The position numbers and the translations under genes are program-made. Positions 45,710 to 45,743 of a stretch of DNA of 45,743 nt are shown here, piece after piece. Positions within the stretch are counted from its first letter, which is position 1, and every line of letters begins with the position of its first letter. The DNA is from Vicugna vicugna. Taxonomy: Eukaryota. Under the pieces are notes generated by a model that had not been told where the DNA came from, did no database searches, and was given only the letters and a program-made list of their open reading frames with translations. The DNA lies in the NCBI GenBank assembly GCA_013265495.1, contig MU062907.1:3702305-3748047 (forward strand). The letters are read 5' to 3'.

Positions 45710-45743
<34 letters not shown>
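45710..45743. repeat. (AC)17+ microsatellite, cut by the window end
   Basis: Direct reading. Confidence 0.97.

Noticed and set aside
21022-45743. Exons of the expected neighbour ARHGAP25 (and gastrokine genes upstream of BMP10)
   Set aside because: No ORF or stretch matched the proteins as I recall them; they probably lie outside the window. TBLASTN would settle it.
1-45743. CRISPR arrays, operons, rRNA or true tRNA genes
   Set aside because: Eukaryotic locus; no spacer-repeat arrays seen. The only tRNA-like A/B boxes belong to the SINE at 6441.

Overview
Mammalian genomic DNA, very probably camelid (camel or alpaca), judged by a Vic-1-type tRNA-derived SINE and matching young L1 3' ends. 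It comes from a draft assembly with five N gaps. The only intact protein-coding gene is BMP10 on the + strand: two coding exons (15133-15466 and 20081-21021) give a 424-aa preproprotein with an RIRR furin site and a 108-aa seven-cysteine TGF-beta-family mature domain. About 4.6 kb of repeat-poor sequence after the stop codon looks like a long 3' UTR. A full-length processed HSPE1 (Hsp10) pseudogene lies on the - strand near 42.6-43.2 kb. The rest is intergenic or intronic DNA with MIR, L2, L1, MLT1, an ERV LTR and hAT/Tigger fossils, several of them nested. I found no novel protein-coding system. The best leads are cis-regulatory (candidate cardiac enhancers, the promoter, 3' UTR control) and nested retroposition events. 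Repeat family names and human comparisons are from memory of consensus sequences and need RepeatMasker/BLAST confirmation.
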